Positions 51,290 through 64,000 of a stretch of 64,000 bases of DNA are shown here, one piece after another. Every line of letters starts with the position of its first letter. Within the stretch, counting starts at the first letter, position 1. The notes under the pieces are model-generated. The model had not been told where the DNA came from, did no database searches, and saw only the letters and a list, made by a program, of their open reading frames with translations. Source of the stretch: Eledone cirrhosa (taxonomy: Eukaryota); the NCBI GenBank assembly GCA_964016885.1, contig OZ024740.1, forward strand, positions 245,582,001 to 245,646,000, written 5' to 3'. The position numbers were made by a program, and so were the translations under genes.

Positions 51290-52000
51290 TTTACATTTCG
51301 CACGAGGCCAGCAATTTGAAGGGAAGGGGTAAGTCGATTAAATCGACCCCAGTGCGTGACTGGTGCTTTATTTTATCAATCCCGTAAGGATGAAAGACAA
51401 AACTAACTTCGGTGGGATTTGAACTCAGAATATAAAGGGCCGTAACTATATGCCGCAAAACGTTGTCCAACGATCTACCGATGCTGCAAATCCACAAATA
51501 AAGCAATGCATTCTATCTGGTGCTCTAATAATTCTGCTAAATCGGCCTCCTCGTAATTGAATTCAAATTCCGCTGAGGGTTTTTCATTGGCAGAATTAGT
51601 AGAGCATTGGACAAAATGATTTGCAGTATCTGTACCGACGCATTACGTTCTACGTTCAAATCTCGCTGGAGAGCAACTTTAGCTTTCATTCTTCTGGGAT
51701 CGATAAAATAAAGTACCAGTCATGTACAGGGTCATGCAATCGCTCTACCCACTCCACAAATTGTTGGCCTACATTAGAAACCAAAAGATTGACGGCTTGG
51801 TAGAACTGGTAAAGTATCGGATAAAATGCCGTTGCAGTATTTGTTCTGGCTCTTTACATTCTGAGTTCAAATCCTGCCGTGGTCAACTTTGCCTTTCATC
51901 CTTCCGGGGTCGATAAAACAAAGTACCGGTCAATCATTGGAATTGATTTAATCAACGTTGTCGTTCCTCCAAATTGCTGGCCTTGTGTTAATATTAGAAA
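51290..52000. mobile_element. Cluster of three tRNA-derived SINEs (51290-51495 minus; 51585-51785 and 51790-52000 plus)
   Basis: GTTCAAATC B-box and shared core TTTCATCC..GGGTCGATAAAATAAAGTACCAGT; resembles Octopus SINEs. Confidence 0.75.
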
Positions 52001-52280
52001 AAATGATTGAAACACGAACACATTCTTGTCTTCACCAAAGTGGACAATCTCGAAATTTTCCTCGTTTTGTAACTAAGTAGTTTAGTTTTGAACATTGAAT
52101 TTCAGTAAGTAGATCAGAGCCATCTAAAAACATTTCAGTTGTGCTGTGTATTGTCTTGTGTATTTCAGTATATGTGTATGTGTAGATGTTTGAGAGCGTC
52201 TAAGAATGCGTTTTGCATGTAGATGTATGTATGCGTATTGTATGTGTGTGAGGATGGTTATTGGTGTGTGTGTGTGTGTG

Positions 52281-52369
<89 letters not shown>

Positions 52370-52857
52370 ATGTGTGTGTGCGTGTGTGTGTGTGTGTATG
52401 TGCGTGGGTGCGCGTGTTTTAGATATTGTTGTTTATACGTGTGGTATAAAAAAGATACAAATTAGCCTTGTTTGAAACAAGTTTTTGAGTGTTTATTACG
52501 GTATGTAAGTGCTTCTACTGTCAATGTGTGGTTTGAATTATATATTTATAAATATGTATGTGAGCTTGCAATCGTGAGGTTGTGAGTTCAATTCTCGGAA
52601 TAGGTGATGCGTTATGTCCAGTTTACTCAGCTGTATAAATGACTTGCAACGTCACTGGTGCCAAGCTGTATCAGCCATTACATTTCCTTTGAACAACATC
52701 GGTGGCGTGGAGAGGGGAGACATGAAGGACTATCGGACTTGTGCTTCGGAGGGGAACTTTCTACGTACAAATCCCATGGTCATTCGTGACCGACTATCTA
52801 ATATGTAAACATGCCAGAAAATACGAATTTTCCTGTAAATTGAAAAAAAATATTAAA

Positions 52858-52904
52858 CATCTTTGACCGATTTTCGGATCTAATTGTACCCTCATCAGAA
52901 GACG
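52858..52904 (-). ncRNA. Minimal hammerhead motif
   Basis: CGUCUU CUGAUGA GGGUacaauuagAUCC GAAA AUCGG UC aAAGAUG. Confidence 0.65.
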
Positions 52905-52931
52905 AGTATATCATCCAATCATGTATTTGAT

Positions 52932-52987
<56 letters not shown>

Positions 52988-53168
52988 GAGCTTGTGTTAG
53001 TAATTAATTAAAATATATATTAAGAAGTGCACTACCAGCCGAAGTGTATGATAAAATTGTATGTATACCTACAGAGTGTAACCAAGACTGCCACAACATG
53101 TATAAATATATACAGATATCTAATATGAAGGCATGTAAACGTTCCCTGTAAATAGAAAATTGATAATA

Positions 53169-54575
53169 ATCTTTCAATATAAAGTTCTTTGTCTCTATCA
53201 GTCTATCTCTTCCTTATGCATTCTCAAACTAAACGACAAAATCAAATCAAATTTTACAAGGTAATAGTATGAGACCCCGGAAGTGACAACATATAATTTT
53301 TATTTTCATTTGGATTAAAACAATATAATACTTTATCTAAAATAATCTACTATAGACAACTGTAAGTGAACGGATATTTCATAACACGACGACAACGTCA
53401 CATTTTGTATATGAGTGTGTGCGCGTGTGTGTGTATATATGTGTGTGTGCGTGTGTGTGTGCGTGTGTATGTATGTATGTGTGTGTGTGTGTTTGCGCGT
53501 TCATTACGTACATTACGCCTTAGCAATTTACATACACACACATCTTCACGTAAATGCTTAATCAAATACATAGACAAGAGAATTAAACACGATTCGGACG
53601 CTGGTTTACACACACATGCACACATACACACACATTTATATACAATTATCTATATCTATATAGCTTTAGCTATATCATTTCATAGAAGTCACTATTCTTG
53701 GAGGCAATCATCAAGGAGAAAATACATTTATTCTCAAGATTCCTCTTATCCCTTCTTCTACCGAGCTGCCATTCAAATTCTCAAGACTTCAGTTCTCTGT
53801 TAGAGCCAGTTTTGCTATGGCCATAAATAAAACTCAGACTCAGAGTCTCAAAGTTGTAGAATTGAATATGAGAGAATCGATTTTTACCCATGGAGGTTGT
53901 TCCCGAGTGGAAACACCTAGAAATCTTCATATACTATGCACTAACAGTAAAACGAAAACCAGACAAACACCCAATACCGTCATTTTCTCTTCTACCTGTC
54001 TTTTCTTATCATCTGTTTACCCGGGCGAAGCTGGGTACGTCAGCAAGTCCCTCTCTATATAAAATTCTTCGTTTCTTTGTCTGTCTGTCGTTTCCTTATC
54101 CATTCCCAAACGGCTCGACCAAATCAAATCAAATTTTACAGCGTAATAGTTTAGACACCGGGAGTATCAATATATAATTTTTAATTTCATTCGAATTAAA
54201 GCAATATAACACTTTATCTAAAATAATCTACTATAGACAACTATAAATAAACGGATATTTTATAACACAACGACAACGTCACATTTTGTATATGAATGTG
54301 TATGTGTCTGTGAGTGTGTGTGTGTGTGTTTGCATGTTCATTACGTACGTTACGCCTTTGTAAGTTACATGCACACACATCTTAACGTAACTACTTAATC
54401 AGATACACAGACAAGAGAATTAAAACACACACACATCTACACATACATATACATAAATGTTTCGCGGCCAGCGTCTCCAATTCAAACGCTGATTTAGACA
54501 CACGCACACATACACACACACATCGCGCGCGCGCACCCACACATACACAATTATATACAATTATCTATATCTATA
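53169..54575 (+). mobile_element. Non-autonomous Helitron with Pif1 C-terminal relic (to 54047), followed by a partial second copy
   Basis: IEVTIL...KIPLIP..ELPFKF...FAMAINKTQTQSL...FTHG; same 3' hairpin as 13921-13951, ending CAAG; ~53230-53660 is repeated at ~54110-54575. Confidence 0.78.
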
Positions 54576-54959
54576 TACAGTAGCGGATTGTGTCTAAAAA
54601 TATTGGTTGCCAGGAGATAAAAGGGGCCCACCCACATATAGAATGCTATCATTTAATTTTTATAATGAATAAATAACATTTTAAAAAAATACATAAATAA
54701 AAAAAAAACAGTGCAATCAAATTTTTGCGGAAAAAAGGTGTTGTTTTTTTTTACTAATTATAGTGTATATATACTGTACATATGACTGGCAATATACAGT
54801 AATACTAAATTTGGTACAGATTGTTATAATTGAATTTTTAAATAACTGTGAATAGATAGTTTATTGTTATTTAGAGTAGAGTATGCAAGAGACCGTCCTT
54901 ACCTTCTCCAATAAAAAATATAAAGTACCTTGTGAAATATACACATCCAGAGAATTTCA

Positions 54960-55140
54960 ATAATTGTTTCTACTTTAGGCACAAGGCCAGCAATTACCCA
55001 GTGCATTACTGGTACTTTATTTTATCGACCCCGTAAGGATGAAAGGCAAAGTCAACCTCGGCGGGATTTGAACTCAGATCGTAAAGGGACGTAACTATGC
55101 TGGAAAGCATGGCGTCCGACCCTCTACCCATACTGCCAAT
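54960..55140 (-). mobile_element. tRNA-derived SINE
   Basis: Same family as 51290-52000; close inverted match to 60875-61055. Confidence 0.75.
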
Positions 55141-55393
55141 GACCTTTCGTCTTTCTCACTCACTCAATATATGGGAGTGTGTGTATATGTGTGCATGTAC
55201 ATGTGTATATATAGATTTATATATATGTATACATATATGTTTTCAACTTGTTCAAAAATTATTTGGCGACTCATTCTCCCTAGGGATTTTAGACTGAAGA
55301 ACTGGCAACGAATTGATTTTACATGTCTTTAGCCCATTGATATAAAAAGTTATTTTGTCAGCATCTCGTGTATATGTGTAAGTATATATATAA

Positions 55394-55479
<86 letters not shown>

Positions 55480-55501
55480 ATGTGTGTGCGTGCGTGTGCG
55501 T

Positions 55502-55545
<44 letters not shown>

Positions 55546-56019
55546 GTATGTGTGTGTGTAAGTATGCACACGTAAACACATATATACATACTCACATATA
55601 TACATATACATATGTACGTATGGGTTATATCGAACATTGAGACTAATGTTCGACTCGTTTGTAAACAAACGAGCCCGATTAGAAGCTGTGCCGTGGCGGT
55701 GGCCGATCGTGACCTGTTTAGTTCAACACTGGCTTTGAGGAACAATCAACATGTTTCTGGGTCATTACCCTTCATCAGGACAGTATAGCTCTGCCAGTCT
55801 GTTGAACAGTTGAAAATATATAGTATTTTCTTAAGTACACATCGGCTGAGTAGCCTCATTTGTATACCGAGCGAGTTACAGCTGATCTTGTCGAATATTA
55901 AAAATAAAATTAGAATTTTATTTCTCGCCCTAGAACAGCTAATACATAAATGTAATTATGCAGACACAGACACACACACGCAGACGCACACACACACACA
56001 CACACGCAGACACACACAC

Positions 56020-56105
<86 letters not shown>

Positions 56106-57870
56106 CGTCAATACACAGTCCGCACGACGGATTTCCCCCTGCGAATGGCTTGGACTTAGTGATGGCCTTCCATTGAATGGAGTAGTCTATACCTGAGTCT
56201 TTGAGGGACCATACGTGGCTCGCGAGTTTCGTGGATGAACGTCTGTCCGGGTACCTAAAGGTCTACTGATGGTTCAGGAAGCGTTCTTTAAATCGGCCCT
56301 CCGCCATGCCCACATAGGATTTGACCTCTTGTGGTTGGTTTGGTCGGTTGGAAGTGACCACAGCTTCATAAATTACAGCTGGTGTGTTGCGGACTGTGTA
56401 TTGACGAACGAATAAATATTCTAAAGAGATTATGCAATAGTGATTGCCTAAACACGAGAAATGAATTTTTCACACGTTGTCCACACGTCTCGAAACACCT
56501 ATTGCATAACTACAAAGCTCTGGGTTGAATGAATTATTGTAACAACATCAATATTTTTTCTTATCAACTAAAAAACTTTTCGGACTTTCGCAGTTATCTC
56601 CCTTACACCTCTCGCACGCATTTTAGTATTGCCTGTGTGAAGTGACGGGTTTCTGCGCATGCGCGTTCGTACGGTTGTCCTTCCTGTTCCGTATTACCAT
56701 GCCCATTACGAGCTGAGGATCTGCTAAGGTGAAACAATTGTTCTCGGTATGGTGAACTAACTGTTGTGTAACCACTGCTATATATATATATATATATATA
56801 TATACATACACACACACACACACATATACATATGGGTGTACCCGTTGCCATAGTCGGTAGTTGTAAGTTGAAGGTTGAAAATAAAGCTGCCATTACAATA
56901 TCCGATGAACAATAACAAACATCGCTACGATAATAATTTTTATTAAGAAATAAACTAACGTCGAACTTATTGTTGACAAAATAGGAAAACAACAAGGAAC
57001 CAAGTGAATTGTGGGTTATTTTTGTACGTTTGGTTTGCGTGAATGCCGTAGTTGTCTGACAAGATACATTAAACAAACCTTTATCAAGGTGCGACCCTGT
57101 CGAGAAGGCTGGAGTTTTTGGCTAAGCGTACATCTATCTGCTTGCTAGAGCAACTCTGTGTGATGTCTATTCCTGTGCTGAAATCTAGCTGCTGGCTAGC
57201 TGAAGTGGTTAGGAAGGGAAATAAGGCTGCGGGCGATCGTGATTGACACGTTGTTGACGGAATCGATGTGGTAATGGGCATGGATGCAATTGGATGCTTA
57301 GGAAGCGTCGGCGTAGTGGACGATTCTGACTAGAGTAAATTGGAGGCGCAAGGTAGGTTCAATCGCTTTCAACTTACACTCCAGCCCTCACGACGTGGTT
57401 GGTGCTCCAATAAAGGTTAGCTCAATTCATCATGTCAGGCTACTACAACATTCACGCAAATCAACCACACAAACGAAACACACAATTCATGTGGTTCCTT
57501 GTTGTTTTCCTGTTTTGTCAACAATAAAGTTACCTAAATTATTATCGTAGCGATGTTTGTTATTGTTCATGAGATATTGTATTGCAGCTTTATATTCAAC
57601 CTTTCAACTACTGACTATGGTAACAAGTACAGCCACACATCTCCACTCACTGAGACACACATACACACTAAATTAGTTGCCATAAGTCACAAACATTCCT
57701 ACAGAGATTATATGTCGCACATTTCTACTACATCTGACACGCTCAAATAATCAATACTAAACTCAAACCAACTCTTCATACGCTACAATACATTCTATCT
57801 CAACAACCCAATATTGCTTTCGCTGCATACGCGCGCGCGCAGGCACAAACACACATACATACATATATTG

Positions 57871-57940
<70 letters not shown>

Positions 57941-57964
57941 AATAGAGGTGTAACATACAAGTTA

Positions 57965-58365
57965 TTATATATTGGTAAACGGAATAGAAAATGCTGACAA
58001 ATTGTTCACAGTGAAAAATAGTTTAATTAGGAATAAATGAGAATTAGTAATTGTATTGGTTAGTATTCAGTTTTGGTTTTAAGTTTTACCGGTTGCGCAT
58101 TTCTAAATGCTTTTCAAAAATAATTTTGAGATAGAGCGTCCGTGATGTTTGCTCTGATCTGATTAGTTTTGGGAATTCTACCTGTTTTTATGTTAAAAAA
58201 ATGGCCCCAGCGCTATTAAAATTATTTTTTGCGCCAATTTGTGTTGCAAAAATTCTTGTGGTCAAAACAATTTTGATTGGTCGGTAGAGGTCATGTGAAT
58301 GTAAAAAATTGATTTTGCGCCAAGACTGAGAAATGACTCTTTCACAACAAATATGTGTGTGTGTG

Positions 58366-58412
<47 letters not shown>

Positions 58413-58874
58413 TAGTAGTAGTAAAGTGTTCGTTGTTGTGATAATGGTTAGAAGGGATGTGTGTACGAACCGCAGCCTGTTGATAGTTCAAATGCCTATT
58501 AAGACAAGTGTGTGTGTGTATAGCAGAGTAATTCGTGGTAGAGAGATGGTCAGTAGGAATGTGTCTGTAAGGGAGTGAGGGATATTTTAACATGTCAAAA
58601 GATATTTTTCAGCTCTTGTCTTATACGGAGAAGTGTGTGTGTGTGTGTAAGTCTCTTTGTATGTTAATGTACGCGTGTGTATGTGTGTGTGTATATATGT
58701 GTGTGTGTGGGAATGTGTGTGTGGGTGGACCAGTATTGTTTTCCTGGTAAAATGGTGTACATTATTCGATATTTTCAGTAAAATCGATTCTCTCAATAGA
58801 ACATCAAAAACCTTAACAATAAAAGGTGTGAAATGATATTCACTATATATATATATATATATATATACATATAT

Positions 58875-58934
<60 letters not shown>

Positions 58935-59672
58935 GTTGCACCATAGAACATGTGTGTTTACGTATGTCATTGTGTTTATATGTGGGTAGAGATGTGTGCT
59001 GATGTAGGTATGTATGTTGACGTGTGTATGTTGTGGGTTCGTCTTAGGGAGAAGTGTTTAGACGGGGTCCGTATTTGTTAATAAAGTAAGATTCCTTGCT
59101 GATGCGCTGGGTGTGGGTGGCATTATCTTTAAATTTGTAGAGGGGAAAGATTCTGAAGTTGGGATGATTTTGGGCGGCACAGGTATCAATGTGTTCACTC
59201 AGTGGTATTTTCCTGTATTCCCGTATTTTAATTTGGGATCTATGGACAGTCATGCGTTGGCGGAGGCTGTTTTTGGTCTGGCCTATGTATTGTTCTCGAC
59301 AACCTGAGCAAGTTAATACATATATTAGATTTTCCGATGCACATTGTGTTTTACTATAAAACGTTGTCCTTCTTTGAAATAGAATTCCGAACCCCCAAAA
59401 TCATCCCAACTTCAGAATCTTTCCCCTCTACAAATTTAAAGATAATGCCACCCACACCCAGCGCATCAGCAAGGAATCTTACTTTATTAACAAATACGGA
59501 CCCCGTCTAAACACTTCTCCCTAAGACGAACCCACAACATACACACGTCAACATACATACCTACATCAGCACACATCTCTACCCACATATAAACACAATG
59601 ACATACGTAAACACATATGTTCTATGGTGCAACACAAAAAAAAAATATATATATATATAGTGAATATATGTA

Positions 59673-59714
<42 letters not shown>

Positions 59715-59852
59715 ATATCATTTCACACCTTTTATTGTTAAGGTTTTTGATGTTCTATTGAGAGAATCGATTTTACTGAAAATATCGAATAATGTACACC
59801 ATTTTACCAGGAAAAAAATACTGGTCCACCCACACACACACACACACACATT

Positions 59853-59931
<79 letters not shown>

Positions 59932-60775
59932 TTATATATATATATATATATACACACACACATACACACGCGTACTTTAACATACAAAGAGACTTATACA
60001 CACACACACACTTCTCCGTATAAGACAAGAGCTGAAAAATATCTTTTAACATGTTAAAATATCCCCCACTCCCTTACAGACACATTCCTACTGACCATCC
60101 CTCTACCACGAATTACTCTGCTACACACACACACACTTCTCCGTATAAGACAAGAGCTGAAAAATATCTTTTGACATGTTAAAATATCCCTCACTCCCTT
60201 ACTAAACATTCCTACTGACCATCCCTCTACCACGAATTACTCTGCTACACACACACACACACACACACACTTGTCTTAATAGGCATTTGAACTATCAACA
60301 GGCTGCGGTTCGCACACACATCCCTGCTAACCATTATCACAACAACGAACACTTTACTTCTACTACTACACACACACACACACACATATTTGTTGTGAAA
60401 GAGTCATTTCTCAGTCTTGGCGCAAAATCAATTTTTTACATTCACATGACCTCTACCGACCAATCAAAATTGTTTTGACCACAAAAATCTTTGCAACACA
60501 AATTGGCGCAAAAAATAATTTTAATAGCGCTGGGGCCATTTTTTTAACATAAAAACAGGTAGAATTCCCAAAACTAATCAGATCAGAGCAAACATCACGG
60601 ACGCTCTATCTCAAAATTATTTTTGAAAAGCATTTAGAAATGCGCAACCGGTAAAACTTAAAACCAAAACTGAATACTAACCAATACTATTACTAATTCT
60701 CATTTATTCCTAATTAAACTATTTTTCACTGTGAACAATTTGTCAGCATTTTCTATTCCGTTTACCAATATATAT
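57965..60775. mobile_element. PLE 3'-end fold-back with ~1.2-1.4-kb arms; GIY-YIG relic 59044-59390 (minus)
   Basis: 57965-59183 is the reverse complement of 59394-60775; CASENLIYVITCSGCREQYIGQT...RMTVHRSQI...ESYFINKYGPRLN; (TA)n on both sides. Confidence 0.9.
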
Positions 60776-60874
60776 ATATATATATATACTAGCTGACCCG
60801 TCCGTCTGGCACCCGGCAACTCGTGGAGCGGTTTTTCTGCTAGTAAACGTAATGAAGACTTAACCAATCGTCGT

Positions 60875-61055
60875 GGATTGGCAGTATCGCTAGAGGGTCG
60901 GACGCCATGCTTTGCAGCATAGAATTACGTCCCTTTATAGTCTGAGTTCAAATCCCACCGATGTTAACTTTGCCTTTCATCCTTACGGGGGTCGATAAAA
61001 TAAAGTACCAGTAATGCACTGGGATAATTGCTGGTCTTGTGCCAAAAGTAGAAAC
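60875..61055 (+). mobile_element. tRNA-derived SINE
   Basis: B-box and core as in the other SINE copies. Confidence 0.75.
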
Positions 61056-61519
61056 AATTATTATTATTGTGAGTGTGTGTGTAGTGTTCGTGTGTATGTA
61101 GTGTGCGTGTGTGTGTGTATGCGTGTATGTGTATGTGTATGCGTGTATGTGTGTGTGTATACGTATATGTGGATAAATGCTGTTTCATTTATTTAAGTAT
61201 ATTTGTATGCCGATATATGTTTTGAAGAGTTATTTCCCTTAGTGTATAAATTTGAGTTCTTTAGTAAGAAATGTTTTTTGTTTTTCGAAAAAAATTCCTT
61301 TTTTGCACTGAATATAACAGGACTCTTGATAATTCGTCGCCTCTATCTTATTCCCACTCAGACATTTTTCCCATATTTTTTCCTTTTTATCTTTTCTTCC
61401 TTATACCTGTATTCTTATTTGTCTCTACCAGATTGAATGGGATATCAACTATATGATTATCTAATTATTACATTCTATACTTTAAATTTCACGTGTCATT
61501 TTCGTTAAGATGTCAGTAT

Positions 61520-62550
61520 TTTTCTGGCATCATAACAAATTAATAGGCTATCTATTCCCATTTTCAAGGCCCTGTACGCAAACTCCGGTTGCTGCGTGCG
61601 AACTGAGTCCAGTGTGACGGTGTACTTTAACATTGTCTCCTGATTCAGGCAGTATTGCATTCTCTCTCCACTGTTGTTCCTGTTGGAAACCGATTTAATT
61701 CTAAGGCTATCAGATGAAGGACCTAGTCGAGGAATCCCATGGAGAGGCCAGTCGAGGCTGAGGGACCTGGCACTCGCCGACGACATCTCTTTGATCGCTG
61801 CAGATCTGCAAGCCCTAACAACATCCCTGCAATAGAGTGCGGACAAGATCGGCCTGAGAATCAACACCAAAAAGACCAAGGTGATGAGAACAGCCAACAA
61901 AACAGGTCCAGCAATCAAAGTCAACTAACAAGACCTGAAAGAAGTCAATCACTTCACCTATCTGGGCAGCATTCTGGCAGGCAATGGCGACGCAGAGCTC
62001 GACATCAACTGTCAGATCGGCAAAGGAGACACAGTTTTCCAGCGGATGTGCAAAGTCTGGTCATCTTCATGCATCAACACCAGGACCAAGCTGCCCCTGT
62101 ACAAGAGTATCGTGTTGCCAACAGTGCTTTATGCGAGCGAAACCTGGAAGAGCACGACAAAGAGGGAGAGAGAGCTGAACGCATTCCACCAGCGGGGCCT
62201 GCGAAGGATCCTTCGTGTGCCTTGGCACGACTGAGTGTGAAACAAGGAAATCTTGTGGAGAGCCGAGTCATGGACGCTGCAGAGGATGGTCACGGAGCGC
62301 CGGTGCTGCCTGGCTGGCCATATTCTGCACCTGCCTGACGAACGACACTTGAAAGCAATGATGAACTGGACTCCACCTGCAGCAAACGGAAGCGGGGTTG
62401 CCCCAGAATCACTTGCCGATAAACGTTCTGAAAAGACCTGATAGCAGCAAACATCACTTGGCACAGGCGCAAATAAGCCGCCGCTAATCATAACCTACAG
62501 TCCAATGCACCGAACGGCACGTTAGAACCTAAGACTAAGACTAAGACTAT
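61520..62550 (+). mobile_element. 5'-truncated RTE-type LINE with (TAAGAC)n tail
   Basis: QYCILSPLLFLL, DLALADDI, GLRINTKKTK, FTYLGS, LYASETW, GHIL; tail CTAAGACTAAGACTAAGACT. Confidence 0.85.
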
Positions 62551-63692
62551 TCCCTGAATAACTATCAACATTTAATATCCATTTTTAACCCAATTCCTAT
62601 TACTAATATACACATCAACCCATTTGATATTATCTTTAGTATATTTGACTGAAATCTAAATTTTAAAATATCTAACTTTTAATTTGTGAATTTTTTTATT
62701 TTTGATCTATAATTTTATTTTCCAATGAGAATTTATATTAACATTAAGTTATATTCTCACTTTGAGTATATTCTCCAGCCATAAACGGAATTCTACTGGA
62801 CACCGAAGCTAGCAATAAATAACAACTCGGTGGTTGAATTGAACTCTCTATGACCGTATCATGTTGGAAGCTGAGGTGGTGAGGGACTGGTGGCTGGTCA
62901 GAATCACCTAGGGTATTATTAATTTGAGTGGTGGTTAAGTGGCCAATTTCTCCCACTTCTGCGTCTGCGCAGGGCTGTCCGGAAGTTCTGAAGCTCACAA
63001 GGGAATGGACAATCCCAGCAAAAACATAATAATTTTTTTAGTCCGTTCCCTTCTATCCAGCACTGCCTCAGAAACAACCTTTTACTCAATTTTGCTCTCT
63101 GATGAAATCACGATAATGGTTCAATAATCAAATAACTATGATTGTCATTGAAATATGTATCACGGCCTTAGTAATAAAGGACTCTTTAACATCTAGAACT
63201 TCGCATTTTCCTCATTCTAATTATACTCCGTCATCCTTATTTTGAAGAAGTAATATGAGTGTTTCATTTGAATTGCATTTATATCTACCGTGTATATATA
63301 TCATCATCATCATCATCGTTTAATGTCTATCTTCCACGCTACCATGGTTTAGACGGGAATTGTCCCACTTGAGGCAAGATTGGTTATCTCGCTCGTATGG
63401 GATTGTCTGGCAGATTTTCTACGGCTGGATGCCATTCCTAACACCAACCACGTTTACAGTGTGGACTGGGAGATTTTTACCGTGTTACCTACACGGCCAC
63501 ATTACAACGTGGACTGTGTGTTTTTTTGTTGTGACACCTACACGACCTCATTTATTTAGGACTGGATGTTGTGGTACCAACATAACTTTACAGAGAGAGG
63601 GTGGTGTTGATGGGGGTGGGGGAGTTGGGGGTAGTGGGAGAGGGGTGTATATTTGATTAAAAGGTGCCTACTGACTAGGTTTCGCTTTGTAC

Positions 63693-64000
63693 TTAGGCAA
63701 GGCGGGTCATCTGTATTACTGCATGGCGCCAAAGATCTCGATCCAGTGACATTGTCTTAGAGAGGTGCAAGTGTGCAAGGTCGGAATTTATCATGTCGTC
63801 CCAGGTTTTTCTGGGTCTGCCTACTCCATAACTTCCGTCAATTTTGATCGCCCTGCAATTTTTTATACAGCTGTCGTCTTTCATGCACATCACGTGACCA
63901 TACCAATGTAGTCTTCTCTCAAGTAAACAACATATGATCCCTCTTATACCTAATTTCTCACTTAGTTCCTTTATGCCTTGCTGTTCACGTATATTACTAT
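63693..64000 (-). mobile_element. RTE LINE 3' fragment (cut by window edge)
   Basis: RRLHWYGHVM...GVGRPRKTWDD...DRDLWR. Confidence 0.8.

Noticed and set aside
62744-62998. 84-aa minus ORF next to the unclassified repeat
   Set aside because: Non-ATG start, no known motif and no evidence of coding.

Overview
AT-rich eukaryotic DNA, dense in microsatellites and made almost entirely of transposable elements and their debris. I found no convincing host protein-coding gene. The tRNA-derived SINEs resemble those I recall from Octopus, so a cephalopod source is likely (inference). Contents: a frameshifted Gypsy LTR retrotransposon (1-4118, minus) plus two solo LTRs with 5-bp TSDs; a head-to-tail Helitron pair with a decayed RepHel (6493-13951) and other non-autonomous Helitrons; RTE LINE, mariner, hAT and Chapaev3-like relics; and many Penelope-like elements (PLEs), one nearly intact (28565-31254). 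Three signals stand out. (1) The Gypsy primer-binding site is exactly complementary to the 5' 12 nt of tRNA-Phe rather than to a tRNA 3' CCA end. (2) PLE 3' ends repeatedly form 'tail-out' fold-back palindromes, mostly flanked by (TA)n; one copied its own target flank into the element. (3) More than a dozen hammerhead-ribozyme motifs occur in several PLE families, including long-stem-II forms and a recurring CCGANGA core variant. All alignments and folds were done by eye, so boundaries of degraded elements are approximate.
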